From Anaeromyxobacteraceae bacterium (GTDB taxonomy: Bacteria > Myxococcota > Myxococcia > Myxococcales > Anaeromyxobacteraceae), in contig JAULAX010000017.1 of the NCBI GenBank assembly GCA_032654565.1, positions 416,001 through 480,000 on the forward strand: a stretch of 64,000 bases of DNA. The letters are read 5' to 3'. The notes beneath the pieces were generated by a model. That model saw only the letters and a program-made list of their open reading frames with translations, was not told the DNA's origin and did not search any database. The position numbers and the translations under genes are program-made. Below are positions 50,874 through 64,000 of the stretch, in pieces (the first letter of the stretch is position 1; each line of letters opens with the position of its first letter).

Positions 50874-51107
50874 CTACGAGCGCGCCGCCGCCTTCTTGCG
50901 GGCCTTGCGGCCGGCGGGGGTGGGCGCGTCGATGCGCTCCCACTCGACCAGGTAGGACACCTTGGAGATCATCCCCAGGGTCTGGGGGTTGTCGGGCAGG
51001 ACCTTGAACGAGTCGGTCTTCTTGAGGCCGAGCCCGACGATGGTGGCCCGGTGGTCAGCCGAGATGCCAGACAGACCGTGGACCAGCGTCACCTTGATGG
51101 CAGCCAT
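50874..51107 (-). CDS. rpmD: 50S ribosomal protein L30
   Basis: IKVTLVHG...GLGLKK...[10 protein letters not shown]; operon position. Confidence 0.92.
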   Translation of the reverse strand: MAAIKVTLVHGLSGISADHRATIVGLGLKKTDSFKVLPDNPQTLGMISKVSYLVEWERIDAPTPAGRKARKKAAARS

Positions 51108-51116
51108 GGTGGTCTC

Positions 51117-51620
51117 CTAGCCCTGGATCTCGGCGAGGGTCTTGCCGCGCCGCTTGGCGGTGTCTTCGGCGGTGCGGAGCCGCTTCAGGCCGGCCACGGT
51201 GGCCTTGAGGACGTTGTGGGGGTTGCGCGAGCCCTGGCACTTGGTGAGGACGTTGCGGACGCCCGCCGCCTCGAGGACGGCGCGGACGGCGCCGCCGGCG
51301 ATGACGCCGGTGCCCTCGCCGGCCGGCTTGAGCAGCACCCAGCCGGCGCCGAAGTGACCGAGCACCTCGTGGGGGATGGTGGTGCCGGCCAGCGGCACCT
51401 TGAAGAGGTGCTTCTTGGCCTGGTCCCCGCCCTTGCGGATGGCCTCGGGGACCTCGTTGGCCTTGCCCAGGCCGACGCCGACGTGGCCCTGGCCGTCGCC
51501 GACGACGATCAGCGCCGAGAAGCTGAAGCGCCGGCCGCCCTTGACGACCTTGGCGACCCGGTTGATGTGGACGACGCGATCCGAGAGGTCGAGGTCGTTG
51601 GCGTTGATTGGAGTGGTCAT
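51117..51620 (-). CDS. rpsE: 30S ribosomal protein S5
   Basis: [24 protein letters not shown]. Confidence 0.98.
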   Translation of the reverse strand: MTTPINANDLDLSDRVVHINRVAKVVKGGRRFSFSALIVVGDGQGHVGVGLGKANEVPEAIRKGGDQAKKHLFKVPLAGTTIPHEVLGHFGAGWVLLKPAGEGTGVIAGGAVRAVLEAAGVRNVLTKCQGSRNPHNVLKATVAGLKRLRTAEDTAKRRGKTLAEIQG

Positions 51621-51647
51621 GTTTCCTGATCCTTTGGTGGCGGGCGC

Positions 51648-52007
51648 CTAGAACAGCAGCCCGCCCTCGCGCGCGCCGGCGGCAATGGCCGCGACGCGGC
51701 CGTGGTAGTCGAAGCCGTTGCGGTCGAAGACCACGGCGGTGATCCCCTTGGCCAGGGCGGCCTTGGCCAGCGCCGTGCCGACCTTCTTGGCGGCGGCGGT
51801 CTTGTCGTCCTCGGAGACCTCGCCCTTGAGCGCCTTGGTGGTGGAGCCGATGCTGACCAGGGTGGTCCCGGCCACGTCGTCCACCAGCTGGGCGTACATG
51901 TGCTTGAGGCTCCGGTAGACGGTCAGGCGCGGGCGCGCCGCGGTGCCGGAGATCTTCCTGCGGATGCGAGCCTTGCGCTTCTCGCGCGACGTCACCTTCT
52001 GTGCCAT
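51648..52007 (-). CDS. rplR: 50S ribosomal protein L18
   Basis: [23 protein letters not shown]. Confidence 0.97.
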   Translation of the reverse strand: MAQKVTSREKRKARIRRKISGTAARPRLTVYRSLKHMYAQLVDDVAGTTLVSIGSTTKALKGEVSEDDKTAAAKKVGTALAKAALAKGITAVVFDRNGFDYHGRVAAIAAGAREGGLLF

Positions 52008-52066
52008 CTGTACTCCTCCGTGCGGCGGCGACGGTGCAGCCGCCGCATGAGTGGTGGGGGCGAGGC

Positions 52067-52609
52067 TTACGCCGCGCCGGTCTTGCCTTCCTTGCGACGG
52101 ACGATCTCTTCCGCGTACTTGATGCCCTTGCCCTTGTACGGCTCGGGCGGGCGCAGGGCGCGGATCTTGGCGGCGGTGAGGCCGAGCAGGTGCTTGTCGA
52201 CCCCCTTGATGGTCACCTTGGTCTGCTTGGGGTCGACCTCGGCGGTGACGCCCTCGGGGAGCTTGAAGACCACCGGGTGCGAGAAGCCGAGGATGAAGTT
52301 GATCTCCTTCCCCTTGCTCTCCGCCTTGAAGCCGACGCCGCTGATCTCCAGCACGCGCTCGTAGCCCTTGGTGACGCCGTCGATGGCGTTGCGCACCAGG
52401 GTGCGGGTCAGGCCGTGCAGGCCCTTGGCCAGGCGGCTCTCGTCGGGGCGGGACACCCTGACCTCGGCGCCGACCACCTCGACCTTCATCACCGTGTTGA
52501 TGGCCAGGGACATCTTGCCCTTGGGCCCCTCGACCTTGACGGTCGTGCCGGTGACGGAGACCTTGACCTTCTCGGGAATCTTGACTGGCAGCTTGCCGAT
52601 GCGGGACAT
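52067..52609 (-). CDS. rplF: 50S ribosomal protein L6
   Basis: MSRIGKLP, RPPEPYKGKGI. Confidence 0.98.
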   Translation of the reverse strand: MSRIGKLPVKIPEKVKVSVTGTTVKVEGPKGKMSLAINTVMKVEVVGAEVRVSRPDESRLAKGLHGLTRTLVRNAIDGVTKGYERVLEISGVGFKAESKGKEINFILGFSHPVVFKLPEGVTAEVDPKQTKVTIKGVDKHLLGLTAAKIRALRPPEPYKGKGIKYAEEIVRRKEGKTGAA

Positions 52610-52619
52610 GTCGGCTCCC

Positions 52620-53018
52620 TTACCAAACCGTGCAGATCAGCTCGCCGCCGAGCTTCTGCTTGCGAGCCTCGCGGTCGACCATCAGGCCCTTGCTGGTGGA
52701 CAGGATGGCGACGCCGAGGCCGTTGAGGACGCGAGGGATCTCGTCGTTGGCCACGTAGCGACGCAGGCCGGGCTTGCTGACCCGCTTGATGTCGCTGATG
52801 GCCGGCTCGCGGTCCGGGCCGTACTTCAGGATGACGGTGATGGTCCCCTGGACGCCATCCTCGTGCTTGAGGAAGTCCTGGATGAAGCCCTCGCCTTTGA
52901 GGACCTCCGCCAGGCGCAGCTTCAGGCCCGAGGCCGGGAACAACACCTTCTCATGACGTGCCGACGAGGCGTTTCGGATACGCGTCAGCATGTCGCCAAT
53001 GGGATCGGTAAAGCTCAT
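52620..53018 (-). CDS. rpsH: 30S ribosomal protein S8
   Basis: [32 protein letters not shown]. Confidence 0.98.
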   Translation of the reverse strand: MSFTDPIGDMLTRIRNASSARHEKVLFPASGLKLRLAEVLKGEGFIQDFLKHEDGVQGTITVILKYGPDREPAISDIKRVSKPGLRRYVANDEIPRVLNGLGVAILSTSKGLMVDREARKQKLGGELICTVW

Positions 53019-53030
53019 CGACGGTCTCCC

Positions 53031-53216
53031 TTACCAGCTCGACTTGATGACGCCGGTGATCTCGCCCTGCAGCGCACGCTTGCGGAAGCAGAGCCGGCAC
53101 ATCTGAAACTTACGGAGGAAGGCGCGCGGCCGGCCGCAGAGCGGGCAGCGGTTGTACTGGCGCACCTTGAACTTCAGCTTGCGCTTGGCCTGCGCCATCT
53201 TGGAAAGCTTGGCCAT
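53031..53216 (-). CDS. rpsN: 30S ribosomal protein S14 (type Z, 61 aa)
   Basis: [12 protein letters not shown]...MCRLCFR...KSSW. Confidence 0.97.
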   Translation of the reverse strand: MAKLSKMAQAKRKLKFKVRQYNRCPLCGRPRAFLRKFQMCRLCFRKRALQGEITGVIKSSW

Positions 53217-53238
53217 GGTGGTCTCCTGGTCCTGGGGC

Positions 53239-53781
53239 TTAGGTGCGGAACGGCATGCCGAGGAAGCGGAGCAAGGCGCGCCCCCCCTCGTCGTCACGGG
53301 CGGTCGTCACCACGGTGATGTTCAGCCCCTTGATCTTCTCGACCTGGTCGTAATTGATCTCGGGGAAGATGATCTGCTCGCGGATGCCGAGGGTGTAGTT
53401 GCCCTTGCCGTCGAAGGCCTTGGGCGACACGCCCTTGAAGTCACGGACGCGCGGCAGCGCGATGGAGACCAGGCGGTCGAAGAACTCGTACATCCGGTCG
53501 CCGCGCAGGGTGACCATGGCGCCGATGCTCTGGCCCTGGCGCAGCTTGAAGTTGGCGATCGACTTGCGGGCCTTGGTGACCACCGGCTTCTGGCCGGCGA
53601 TGGCGGCCAGCTGGGCCACCGAGGCGTCGATGATCTTGCCGTTGTTGATGGCCTCGCCCAGCCCCATGTTCACCACGATCTTCTCGAGGCGGGGGGCCTG
53701 CATGGGGTTGGCGTACCCGAACTCCTTCATCAGGGCGGGCCGCACTTCCTTCTCGTACCGCTCCTTCAAGCGTGAAGCCAT
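53239..53781 (-). CDS. rplE: 50S ribosomal protein L5
   Basis: [23 protein letters not shown]. Confidence 0.98.
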   Translation of the reverse strand: MASRLKERYEKEVRPALMKEFGYANPMQAPRLEKIVVNMGLGEAINNGKIIDASVAQLAAIAGQKPVVTKARKSIANFKLRQGQSIGAMVTLRGDRMYEFFDRLVSIALPRVRDFKGVSPKAFDGKGNYTLGIREQIIFPEINYDQVEKIKGLNITVVTTARDDEGGRALLRFLGMPFRT

Positions 53782-53842
53782 GTCGTCTCTCCTCGGGCCT
53801 TCGGCCGGCGCCTGCTCGATGCCGGGCGATGCGTGGGACTGC

Positions 53843-54157
53843 TTACCTGGCCGCCAGCCGCTTGGCGAGGCGGGCCTTTTCCTTGGCCCCGAGCTCCCGG
53901 GCCAGCTTCTCGAGGCGCACCGGCTTGTCGCCGGCCACCACCATGACGTTGGAGATGGCGATGGTGCCCGCCTTCTCGACGATGCCGCCCTCCGGGTTGG
54001 CCTGGCTGCGGCCCTTCCGGACGTGGCGCTTCACCGTCATGAGCTTCTCGACGCGCACCCGGCCCTCCTCGCGGAGGACCTCGAGCACGGTCCCGGACTT
54101 CCCCTTCTCCTTGCCGGCGATCACCTTGACGGTGTCGCCCTTGCGGATGACGGGCAT
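53843..54157 (-). CDS. rplX: 50S ribosomal protein L24
   Basis: [27 protein letters not shown]. Confidence 0.96.
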   Translation of the reverse strand: MPVIRKGDTVKVIAGKEKGKSGTVLEVLREEGRVRVEKLMTVKRHVRKGRSQANPEGGIVEKAGTIAISNVMVVAGDKPVRLEKLARELGAKEKARLAKRLAAR

Positions 54158-54159
54158 GG

Positions 54160-54528
54160 TTACAGGACCTCCGGCGCCAGGCTGATGATCTTCATGAACT
54201 TGCGGGCGCGCAGCTCGCGGGCCACCGGCCCGAAGATGCGGGTGCCGACCGGCTCCAGGTCCTTGTTGATGAGGACCGCGCTGTTGCCGTCGAAGCGGAT
54301 GTAGCTCCCGTCCGGGCGCTTCACCTCGCGGGCGGTGCGGACGATGACGGCGCGAGCCACCTCGCCCTTCTTCACCTTGGCCTGCGGGATGGCCTCACGG
54401 ACCGACACCACGATGACGTCGCCGAGCGAAGCGTAGCGACGCTTCGACCCGCCGAGCACCTTGATGCACATCACCTTCTTGGCGCCGGAGTTGTCGGCCA
54501 CGTCGAGGATCGTCTGCATCTGGATCAT
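54160..54528 (-). CDS. rplN: 50S ribosomal protein L14
   Basis: [28 protein letters not shown]. Confidence 0.98.
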   Translation of the reverse strand: MIQMQTILDVADNSGAKKVMCIKVLGGSKRRYASLGDVIVVSVREAIPQAKVKKGEVARAVIVRTAREVKRPDGSYIRFDGNSAVLINKDLEPVGTRIFGPVARELRARKFMKIISLAPEVL

Positions 54529-54530
54529 GG

Positions 54531-54800
54531 CTACACCTCCGTCGCCTTCTCGATGATCTCGACGACCCGCCAGTGCTTGTCCTTGGACATGGGCCGGGTC
54601 TCGACCATCCGGACCTTGTCGCCCGGGCGGCACTCCTGGTTTTCGTCGTGGGCCTTGAACTTCTTGGCCTGGGTGACGATCTTCCCGTACTTCCGGTCCG
54701 GCACGCGACGCTCCACCTTGACGACCACCGTCTTGGTCATCTTGTTGGAGAGCACCACGCCGACCCGGGACTTCCGGTTTCCGCGCTCCATGTCCGTCAC
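54531..54800 (-). CDS. rpsQ: 30S ribosomal protein S17
   Basis: [25 protein letters not shown]. Confidence 0.96.
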   Translation of the reverse strand: MTDMERGNRKSRVGVVLSNKMTKTVVVKVERRVPDRKYGKIVTQAKKFKAHDENQECRPGDKVRMVETRPMSKDKHWRVVEIIEKATEV

Positions 54801-55015
54801 TCCTTCGCCTTCCGGCCCTTGGCCGGGAGGTCCTTGGCGCGCGCCACCGTCAGGCAGCGGGCCACCTCGCGGCGGGTCTTGGTCAGCTCGGCGGTCGAGT
54901 CGAGCACGCCCGTCGACGCCTTGTTCTTGAGCTGAAAGAGGTTCTTCTTGAGCTCGGCCGCGCGTGCGACCAGCTCCTCCTTCGACAGCTCTCCGAGTTC
55001 CTTCACAGTAGCCAT
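54797..55015 (-). CDS. rpmC: 50S ribosomal protein L29
   Basis: ELKKNLFQL...TG...RREVAR; operon position. Confidence 0.93.
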   Translation of the reverse strand: MATVKELGELSKEELVARAAELKKNLFQLKNKASTGVLDSTAELTKTRREVARCLTVARAKDLPAKGRKAKE

Positions 55016-55028
55016 GACGTCCCCTCTC

Positions 55029-55445
55029 CTAGAGCGTCGCGCCGCGCTTGACGAGCTTGGTCGACACCGGGAGCTTGTGGGCCGCCAGGCCGAACGCCTT
55101 CTTGGCGGTGGCGTCGTCGCAGCCTTCCATCTCGTAGAGCATGCGCCCCGGCTTCACGACGGCGACGTAGTACTCCACGTTCCCCTTGCCGGTGCCCATG
55201 CGGGTCTCGGCGGCCTTCTTGGTGATGGGCTTGTCCGGGAAGACCCGGATCCAGAGCTTGCCACCGCGCTTCACGTAGCGGGTGATGGCGACGCGAGCCG
55301 CCTCGATCTGGCGGGCGGTCAGGTAGCCGCACTCGGTGGCCTGCAGGCCGTACTCGCCCTGGGCGAGGTCCGAGCCGCGGTAGGCCTTGCCCCGCATGCG
55401 GCCCTTCATCATCTTCCGGTACTTGGTACGAGCAGGCTGAAGCAT
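55029..55445 (-). CDS. rplP: 50S ribosomal protein L16
   Basis: [27 protein letters not shown]. Confidence 0.98.
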   Translation of the reverse strand: MLQPARTKYRKMMKGRMRGKAYRGSDLAQGEYGLQATECGYLTARQIEAARVAITRYVKRGGKLWIRVFPDKPITKKAAETRMGTGKGNVEYYVAVVKPGRMLYEMEGCDDATAKKAFGLAAHKLPVSTKLVKRGATL

Positions 55446-55466
55446 GTCCCTCTCCTGTCCTTCGCC

Positions 55467-56141
55467 TTAGGCGCGATCGGTGCGGCTGGAGCGCGGGGCG
55501 CGGGTGGCGGCCGACTGCGGCAGCACCTCGCCCTTCATGATCCAGACCTTGCAGCCGATCTTGCCGTAGGTGGTCTTGGCCTCGGCGAAGCCGTAGTCGA
55601 TGTCGGCGCGGAGCGTGTGCAGCGGAACGCGCCCCTCGCGGTACCACTCGTAGCGGGCGATCTCGGCGCCGCCGAGCCGGCCCGAGCAGGCCACGCGGAT
55701 GCCCTTGGCCCCGAACTTGAGGGCGGTCTGGACCGCCTTCTTCATGGCCCGCCGGAAGGCGATGCGCCGCTCCAGCTGGGTGCAGATGTTCTCGGCCACC
55801 AGCTGGGCGTCGGTCTCGGCCTTCCGGACCTCGACCACGTTCAGGTAGACCTCGCTCTGGGTGAGGGCCTGGATGTCCTTCTTGATGGTCTCGATCCCGG
55901 CGCCGCGCTTGCCGATGACGATGCCCGGCCGGGCGGTGTGGACGTTGATCTTGACCTTGTTGGCGGCGCGCTCGATCTCGACGCGGGAGACCCCGGCGGC
56001 GCCGAGCTTCTCCTTGACGAACTCACGGAGGTGGATGTCCTCGTGAAGCCACTTGGCGTAGTTCCGCTCCTCGTACCACTTGGAGTCCCAGGAGCGGATG
56101 ACCCCGAGGCGGAACCCAATCGGATGGACTTTCTGACCCAC
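55467..56141 (-). CDS. rpsC: 30S ribosomal protein S3
   Basis: GTG start, [26 protein letters not shown]. Confidence 0.98.
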   Translation of the reverse strand: MGQKVHPIGFRLGVIRSWDSKWYEERNYAKWLHEDIHLREFVKEKLGAAGVSRVEIERAANKVKINVHTARPGIVIGKRGAGIETIKKDIQALTQSEVYLNVVEVRKAETDAQLVAENICTQLERRIAFRRAMKKAVQTALKFGAKGIRVACSGRLGGAEIARYEWYREGRVPLHTLRADIDYGFAEAKTTYGKIGCKVWIMKGEVLPQSAATRAPRSSRTDRA

Positions 56142-56158
56142 GTTCGTCTCCTTGGCCG

Positions 56159-56593
56159 CTAGCGGCCAGCGGTCCCGAGTTCCACGTACACGTGGCTCGT
56201 CTTCTTCTCGATGCGGAAGGCGCGACCCATGGCGCGCGGCATGAAGCGCCGCATCTTCGGACCCTGGTCGACGGTGAGCGTCTTGACCACCAGCGCGTCG
56301 ACGTCGACGCGCCCGCCCTTGTTCTCGGCGTTGGCGACCGCCGAGCGGAGCAGCTTGGCCAGCGGCTTGGCCGCCGCCTGGGGGCGGAACTTGAGGTCGG
56401 CCAGCGCGGCGCCGACCGGCATGCCGCGGATGGTGTCGGCCACCAGCCGCACCTTGCGCGGCGCCAGCCGCAGGAAGCGCAGGCTGGCGTGCGGCCCGGG
56501 CGGGGGCGGCGCGGGGCGGTTCTTGCGGGAGCGCGGCAGCGGCGGGGCGCGCCGCACGCGCTTCACGGTCTTCTTGGTTTCGGTCTCGGCCAT
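56159..56593 (-). CDS. rplV: 50S ribosomal protein L22 with N-terminal extension
   Basis: [31 protein letters not shown]. Confidence 0.96.
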   Translation of the reverse strand: MAETETKKTVKRVRRAPPLPRSRKNRPAPPPPGPHASLRFLRLAPRKVRLVADTIRGMPVGAALADLKFRPQAAAKPLAKLLRSAVANAENKGGRVDVDALVVKTLTVDQGPKMRRFMPRAMGRAFRIEKKTSHVYVELGTAGR

Positions 56594-56605
56594 ATCCGTT
56601 CCTCG

Positions 56606-56905
56606 CTACTTCTTGGGCGGCGGCGCAGAGGTCGTCGCGACCTTCTTCTCCGCCGAGTGACCGACGAAGGTGCGGGTCGGAGCAAACTCGCCGAGCTTGT
56701 GCCCGACCATGTTCTCGGTCACGAAGACGGGCACGAACTTCTTGCCGTTGTGCACGGCGAAGGTGTGTCCCACGAAGTCGGGGAGGATGGTGCTCCTCCG
56801 CGACCAGGTCTTGATGACCGACTTCTTGCTGCCCTTGTTCGCCTCCTCGACCTTCTTGGTGAGGTGCTTGTCCGCGAACGGGCCCTTCTTGATTGAACGC
56901 GCCAT
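56606..56905 (-). CDS. rpsS: 30S ribosomal protein S19
   Basis: [28 protein letters not shown]. Confidence 0.98.
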   Translation of the reverse strand: MARSIKKGPFADKHLTKKVEEANKGSKKSVIKTWSRRSTILPDFVGHTFAVHNGKKFVPVFVTENMVGHKLGEFAPTRTFVGHSAEKKVATTSAPPPKK

Positions 56906-56929
56906 GTTTCCCAGATCCCTTCGCGCAGG

Positions 56930-57778
56930 CTACTGCGGCGTGTTGCGCACGCCCGGCTTGCGCCGCGAGACGATGAACTTGTCGGTGCGCCGGTTGTTGC
57001 GGGTCTTGAGGCCCTTGGTCTTCTGTCCCCAAGGCGAAACCGGGTGCGGGTTGCCCTGCCCCGACTTGCCCTCGCCGCCACCGTGCGGGTGGTCGACCGG
57101 GTTCATGGCCAGGCCGCGGACGGTCGGGCGGATGCCCTTCCAGCGGCTCTTGCCGGCCTTGCCGGAGCGGACGCTGGAGCTCTCGATGTTGGAGAGCTGG
57201 CCCACCGTGGCCCGGCAGTCGAGCTGCACCTGGCGGACCTCGCCGGAGGGCATGCGGATCTGGGCGTGGTCGCCTTCCTTGGCCATGAGCTGGCCGAAGG
57301 AACCCGCCGAGCGGATCATCTTGGCGCCGGAGCCGGGCTGGCTCTCGACGTTGTGGATGACGGTGCCGAGCGGGATGCTCTTGACCGGCAGGGAGTTGCC
57401 GGGGCGGATGTCCACCCCCTCGCCCGAGGTCAGCACGTCGCCCACCGCGACGCCGATGGGCGCCAGGATGTAGCGCTTCTCGCCGTCCTTGTAGTGGAGC
57501 AGCGCCAGCCGGGAGGTCCGGTTGGGATCGTACTCGATGGAGGCCACCTTGGCCGGCACCCCATCCTTGTCCCGCCGCCAGTCGATGATCCGGTAGCGGC
57601 GCTTGTGACCGCCGCCGATGTGGCGGGTGGTGATGTGGCCGTGGTTGTTGCGTCCACCGGTCCGCTTGACGGTCTTGGTGAGCTTCTTCTCCGGCTTCGC
57701 CTTGGTGATCTCGGCGAAGTCGGCCACCGTCATGTGGCGCCGCGCGGCGCTGGTCGGCTTGTAGCTCTTGAGGCCCAT
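56930..57778 (-). CDS. rplB: 50S ribosomal protein L2
   Basis: [21 protein letters not shown]. Confidence 0.98.
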   Translation of the reverse strand: MGLKSYKPTSAARRHMTVADFAEITKAKPEKKLTKTVKRTGGRNNHGHITTRHIGGGHKRRYRIIDWRRDKDGVPAKVASIEYDPNRTSRLALLHYKDGEKRYILAPIGVAVGDVLTSGEGVDIRPGNSLPVKSIPLGTVIHNVESQPGSGAKMIRSAGSFGQLMAKEGDHAQIRMPSGEVRQVQLDCRATVGQLSNIESSSVRSGKAGKSRWKGIRPTVRGLAMNPVDHPHGGGEGKSGQGNPHPVSPWGQKTKGLKTRNNRRTDKFIVSRRKPGVRNTPQ

Positions 57779-57790
57779 GATCTCTCCCGG

Positions 57791-58090
57791 TTAGGCCGAG
57801 GTCCCCTCGAAGAGGGCGATGGTCTCGCCGTCCTTGAGGGTCACGAAGGCCTTCTTCCAATTGGGCCGCCGGCCGGAGCTCTTGCCGACCCGCTTGTTCT
57901 TGCCGCGCGCGATGGCGGTGCGAACCGCCAGCACGTGGACGCTGAACAGCTTCTCCACGGCCTGCTTCACCTGGATCTTGGTGGCGTCGCGGTGCACCTC
58001 GAAGGCGAAGGAACGGCTCGCCTCGCGGTTGCGCTCGGCCTTCTCGGTGATGAGCGGGCGCTTCACGATCTCCTCGACGGTCAGGATCAT
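57791..58090 (-). CDS. rplW: 50S ribosomal protein L23
   Basis: [29 protein letters not shown]. Confidence 0.97.
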   Translation of the reverse strand: MILTVEEIVKRPLITEKAERNREASRSFAFEVHRDATKIQVKQAVEKLFSVHVLAVRTAIARGKNKRVGKSSGRRPNWKKAFVTLKDGETIALFEGTSA

Positions 58091-58707
58091 GACAGGGCCT
58101 CCTCGATCTTCCGGGCCGTGGCCGCGGTCAGCACCAGGGTGTCGTGCTTGAGGATGTCGTAGACGTTGAGCCCCTCGACGGCGAGGAAGTCGGCGCCGGC
58201 CAGGTTGCGCACCGACTTGGCGAGGGCGACGTTGCGGCCGTCGTCCACCACCAGCGCCTTCTTGACGCCGAGCTTGGCGAGCACCTTGGCCGCCGTCGAC
58301 GTCTTGGGCGTGCCCGGCTCCCACTTCTCGACGATCAGCAGCTTCTTGTCGTTGCCGCGCAGGGCCAGCGCCGAGCGGAGGGCCGCCTTGCGGACCTTCT
58401 TGGGCACGTCGTAGGAGTAGTCGCGTGGCTTCGGCCCCATGGCCTTGCCGCCGCCCACCCAGTGCGAGGCGCGGGTCGAGCCCTGGCGGGCGCGGCCGGT
58501 CCCCTTCTGCTTCCAGGGCTTCTTGCCGCCGCCGGACACGAGGGAGCGGTTCTTGACCGCGTGGGTACCGGAGCGGTCGGAGGCCAGCTTGGCCTTGACC
58601 ACTTCGTAGAAGAGATGCTCATTCACCTCGCCGGCGAAGACGGCGTCGGCGAGCTCCAGCTCACCCACCTTCTTCTTCTCGAGGTCGTAGATGTCGAACT
58701 TGGCCAT
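58087..58707 (-). CDS. rplD: 50S ribosomal protein L4
   Basis: [32 protein letters not shown]. Confidence 0.98.
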   Translation of the reverse strand: MAKFDIYDLEKKKVGELELADAVFAGEVNEHLFYEVVKAKLASDRSGTHAVKNRSLVSGGGKKPWKQKGTGRARQGSTRASHWVGGGKAMGPKPRDYSYDVPKKVRKAALRSALALRGNDKKLLIVEKWEPGTPKTSTAAKVLAKLGVKKALVVDDGRNVALAKSVRNLAGADFLAVEGLNVYDILKHDTLVLTAATARKIEEALS

Positions 58708-58718
58708 GGTGCCCTCGG

Positions 58719-59024
58719 CTACTTGATCTCGACGTCCACGCCGGCCGACAGATCCAGCTTCATGAGCGCGTCGAGGGTCTGGGCCGTCGGCTCGAGGATG
58801 TCGAGGAGCCGCTTGTGGGTCCGGATCTCGAACTGCTCCCGCGACTTCTTGTCGACGTGCGGGCTGCGCAGGACGGTGAACTTGTTGATCCTGGTGGGAA
58901 GCGGAATCGGGCCGGCCACCTTGGCGCCGGTCCGACGTGCGGTCTCCACGATCTCGCTGGCCGACTGGTCGAGCAGCTTGTAGTCGTAGGCCTTGAGCCG
59001 GATCCTGATTTTCTGCGATGCCAT
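58719..59024 (-). CDS. rpsJ: 30S ribosomal protein S10
   Basis: [31 protein letters not shown]. Confidence 0.98.
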   Translation of the reverse strand: MASQKIRIRLKAYDYKLLDQSASEIVETARRTGAKVAGPIPLPTRINKFTVLRSPHVDKKSREQFEIRTHKRLLDILEPTAQTLDALMKLDLSAGVDVEIK

Positions 59025-59117
59025 CGAAAAGCCTTCTCTCTGTGCTCGGCGCTGCGCGGTGATGGGAGGCTCGAATACCATGGCGAGCCCCTCGCCGCCG
59101 TCCGCCAGGCAAACCTT

Positions 59118-60308
<1,191 letters not shown>

Positions 60309-60350
60309 GGTGCGCGCTCTCCTTCCCGATGATCGGTGACGGTGCTGGGG

Positions 60351-62444
<2,094 letters not shown>

Positions 62445-62598
62445 GATCTTCTCTTCCTGTACCTTCGTGCGTGCGCGATACGAGGGTCGCCGACGCGGCG
62501 AGCCTCACGACCAAACCGAGCTGTCAAAGAGCGAAGCGGGTTCTATCTTGAACCGTGCCGGCGCAGCCGGCCGCTCTCCAAAAGCCTCCTCTGAAATC

Positions 62599-63069
62599 CT
62601 ACCAACGGTAATGGGCGAAGGCCTTGTTGGCCTCGGCCATCTTGTGCGTGTCTTCGCGCTTCTTCACCGCGTTGCCGCGGTTGGAGGCGGCGTCCATGAT
62701 CTCGCCAGCCAGCTTCTCGGTCATGGTCTTCTCGCCGCGGGCGTGCGAGTACTCGATGAGCCAGCGCATGGCCAGGGCCACCCGGCGATCCTGGCGGACC
62801 TCCACCGGGACCTGGTAGGTGGCGCCGCCGACCCGGCGGCTCTTCACCTCGACCACCGGCTTGACGTTGTCGAGCGCCTTCTTGAAGACCTTGAGCGGGT
62901 CGTCCTTGAGCTTGGACTCGACCTGGTCGAAGGCGCCGTAGAGGATCTGCTCGGCGGTGGACTTCTTGCCCTGCCGCATCAGGTCGTTGATGAACTTGGC
63001 CACCAGCCGATCCTGGAACTTCGGATCGGCCAGGATCTTGCGCTTCTCGACTACGCGACGACGAGGCAT
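62599..63069 (-). CDS. rpsG: 30S ribosomal protein S7
   Basis: [27 protein letters not shown]. Confidence 0.99.
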   Translation of the reverse strand: MPRRRVVEKRKILADPKFQDRLVAKFINDLMRQGKKSTAEQILYGAFDQVESKLKDDPLKVFKKALDNVKPVVEVKSRRVGGATYQVPVEVRQDRRVALAMRWLIEYSHARGEKTMTEKLAGEIMDAASNRGNAVKKREDTHKMAEANKAFAHYRW

Positions 63070-63095
63070 CGAAAGTCCTTATCCCTGCTACTTGG

Positions 63096-63144
63096 GGCGC
63101 GTGGCGCCGTTCCGTTGAGCGACGGCGCGTGGCGCCGTACCGTT
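63096..63144. repeat. Tandem 21-nt direct repeat, each copy a small hairpin, in the rpsL-rpsG spacer
   Basis: ggcgcgtggcgccgttccgtt (63096-63116) and ggcgcgtggcgccgtaccgtt (63124-63144), 20/21 identical; ggcgc-gtg-gcgcc stem. Confidence 0.8.
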
Positions 63145-63515
63145 TAGCTTGGGCGCTTCGCGCCGTACTTCGAGCGGCTCTGCTTGCGCCCCTGGACGCC
63201 GACGGCGTCGAGGGTTCCGCGGACGATGTGGTAGCGGACGCCGGGGAGGTCCTTGACGCGGCCGCCGCGGATCAGCACCACCGAGTGCTCCTGGAGGTTG
63301 TGACCGACGCCGGGGATGTAGCTGGTGACCTCGAAGCCGTTGGTGAGGCGGACGCGGGCCACCTTGCGGAGGGCCGAGTTCGGCTTCTTGGGCGTCGTGG
63401 TGTAGACGCGCGTGCAGACCCCGCGCTTCTGCGGAGACTCCTTGAGGGCCGGAGCCTTCCTCTTCACCGCAAGCTTCTCGCGCCCCTTGCGCACGAGCTG
63501 GCTGATCGTCGGCAT
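63144..63515 (-). CDS. rpsL: 30S ribosomal protein S12
   Basis: [30 protein letters not shown]. Confidence 0.99.
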   Translation of the reverse strand: MPTISQLVRKGREKLAVKRKAPALKESPQKRGVCTRVYTTTPKKPNSALRKVARVRLTNGFEVTSYIPGVGHNLQEHSVVLIRGGRVKDLPGVRYHIVRGTLDAVGVQGRKQSRSKYGAKRPS

Positions 63516-63596
63516 CGGTTACGAGCTCTTTCTTCAGCAAAATCGCCCGTCGACGGTGCGGCGGGCGAACTGGAACCCTCGGGTTGAGGGCGGCGA

Positions 63597-63624
63597 ATTA
63601 TACGGATCCGTCTTCGAGAGTCAA
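63597..63624 (-). promoter_or_regulatory. Near-consensus sigma70 promoter of the str operon
   Basis: Minus strand TTGACT-16 nt-TATAAT, about 80 nt upstream of the rpsL ATG. Confidence 0.75.
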
Positions 63625-63713
63625 GCCCTGCAGCCCCTGACGAGCGAATCGGGCACGACGGGAGGCGCTATGTACTTGAAGACGCGCCGTTTGCCAAGTC
63701 CTCCCTTCACTTT

Positions 63714-64000
63714 TCAGGCCTTTGGAGGACTCCGAAGAGGTGGGAGCCCCGCCAGCAGCGCCCGAACGGCTGATGAAATCCCCAGGCGCTCCACCTCCAT
63801 GGAGGTGGCCCAGCAGAGACCTGGCCCCGCCAGGCCGGCCGGGGCGCGCACCCGCCACGCCACAAGCTCCAGCCGGCGGTGGGTGAGCGTCCGCTCCACC
63901 CGGGCCAGCTCCGGCCCCACCTCCACCCGGGTCCCCAGCGCGCGGAAGAGCCCCTGCCGCAGCGCTTTCCGCGCCGCGGCGGCCGGGAGCGGACCGGCCG
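63714..64000 (-). CDS. mutY: C-terminal NUDIX-like part of an A/G-specific adenine glycosylase (partial)
   Basis: ...VGPELARVERTLTHRRLEL...W.....ERLGISSAVRALL resembles the MutY C-terminus (HxFTH region); 5' part lies outside the window. Confidence 0.6.
   Translation of the reverse strand, partial: AGPLPAAAARKALRQGLFRALGTRVEVGPELARVERTLTHRRLELVAWRVRAPAGLAGPGLCWATSMEVERLGISSAVRALLAGLPPLRSPPKA

Overview
Very GC-rich bacterial chromosome segment. Gene content (RomX-like gene, roadblock/DUF4388 proteins, S10 cluster lacking rplC, multiheme cytochrome/NrfD module) points to Myxococcota, probably Anaeromyxobacter-like; this is an inference. The right 40% (41.6-63.5 kb, minus strand) is the str-S10-spc-alpha ribosomal cluster running directly into rpsP-khpA-rimM-trmD-rplS, with rplC and infA missing from their usual places. 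The left part holds three candidate novel systems. (1) A compact graspetide-like RiPP locus (64-aa peptide, MvdC/MvdD-type ATP-grasp ligase, small accessory ORF) carrying two near-identical 37-bp ECF-sigma-like promoter elements, beside tRNA-Arg(CCT). (2) A six-gene signalling operon with three roadblock/MglB-like domains, a DUF4388 domain, a Ser/Thr kinase fused to a degenerate ExeA-like ATPase, a HAMP-only receptor and a secreted paralog of that receptor's sensor domain, with no MglA GTPase or His kinase. (3) A 1551-aa acyl-CoA-ligase/kinase-like/GNAT fusion 15 nt upstream of a Thermus-type homocitrate synthase and an EamA exporter. All family calls come from motif recognition by eye; no database searches were run.
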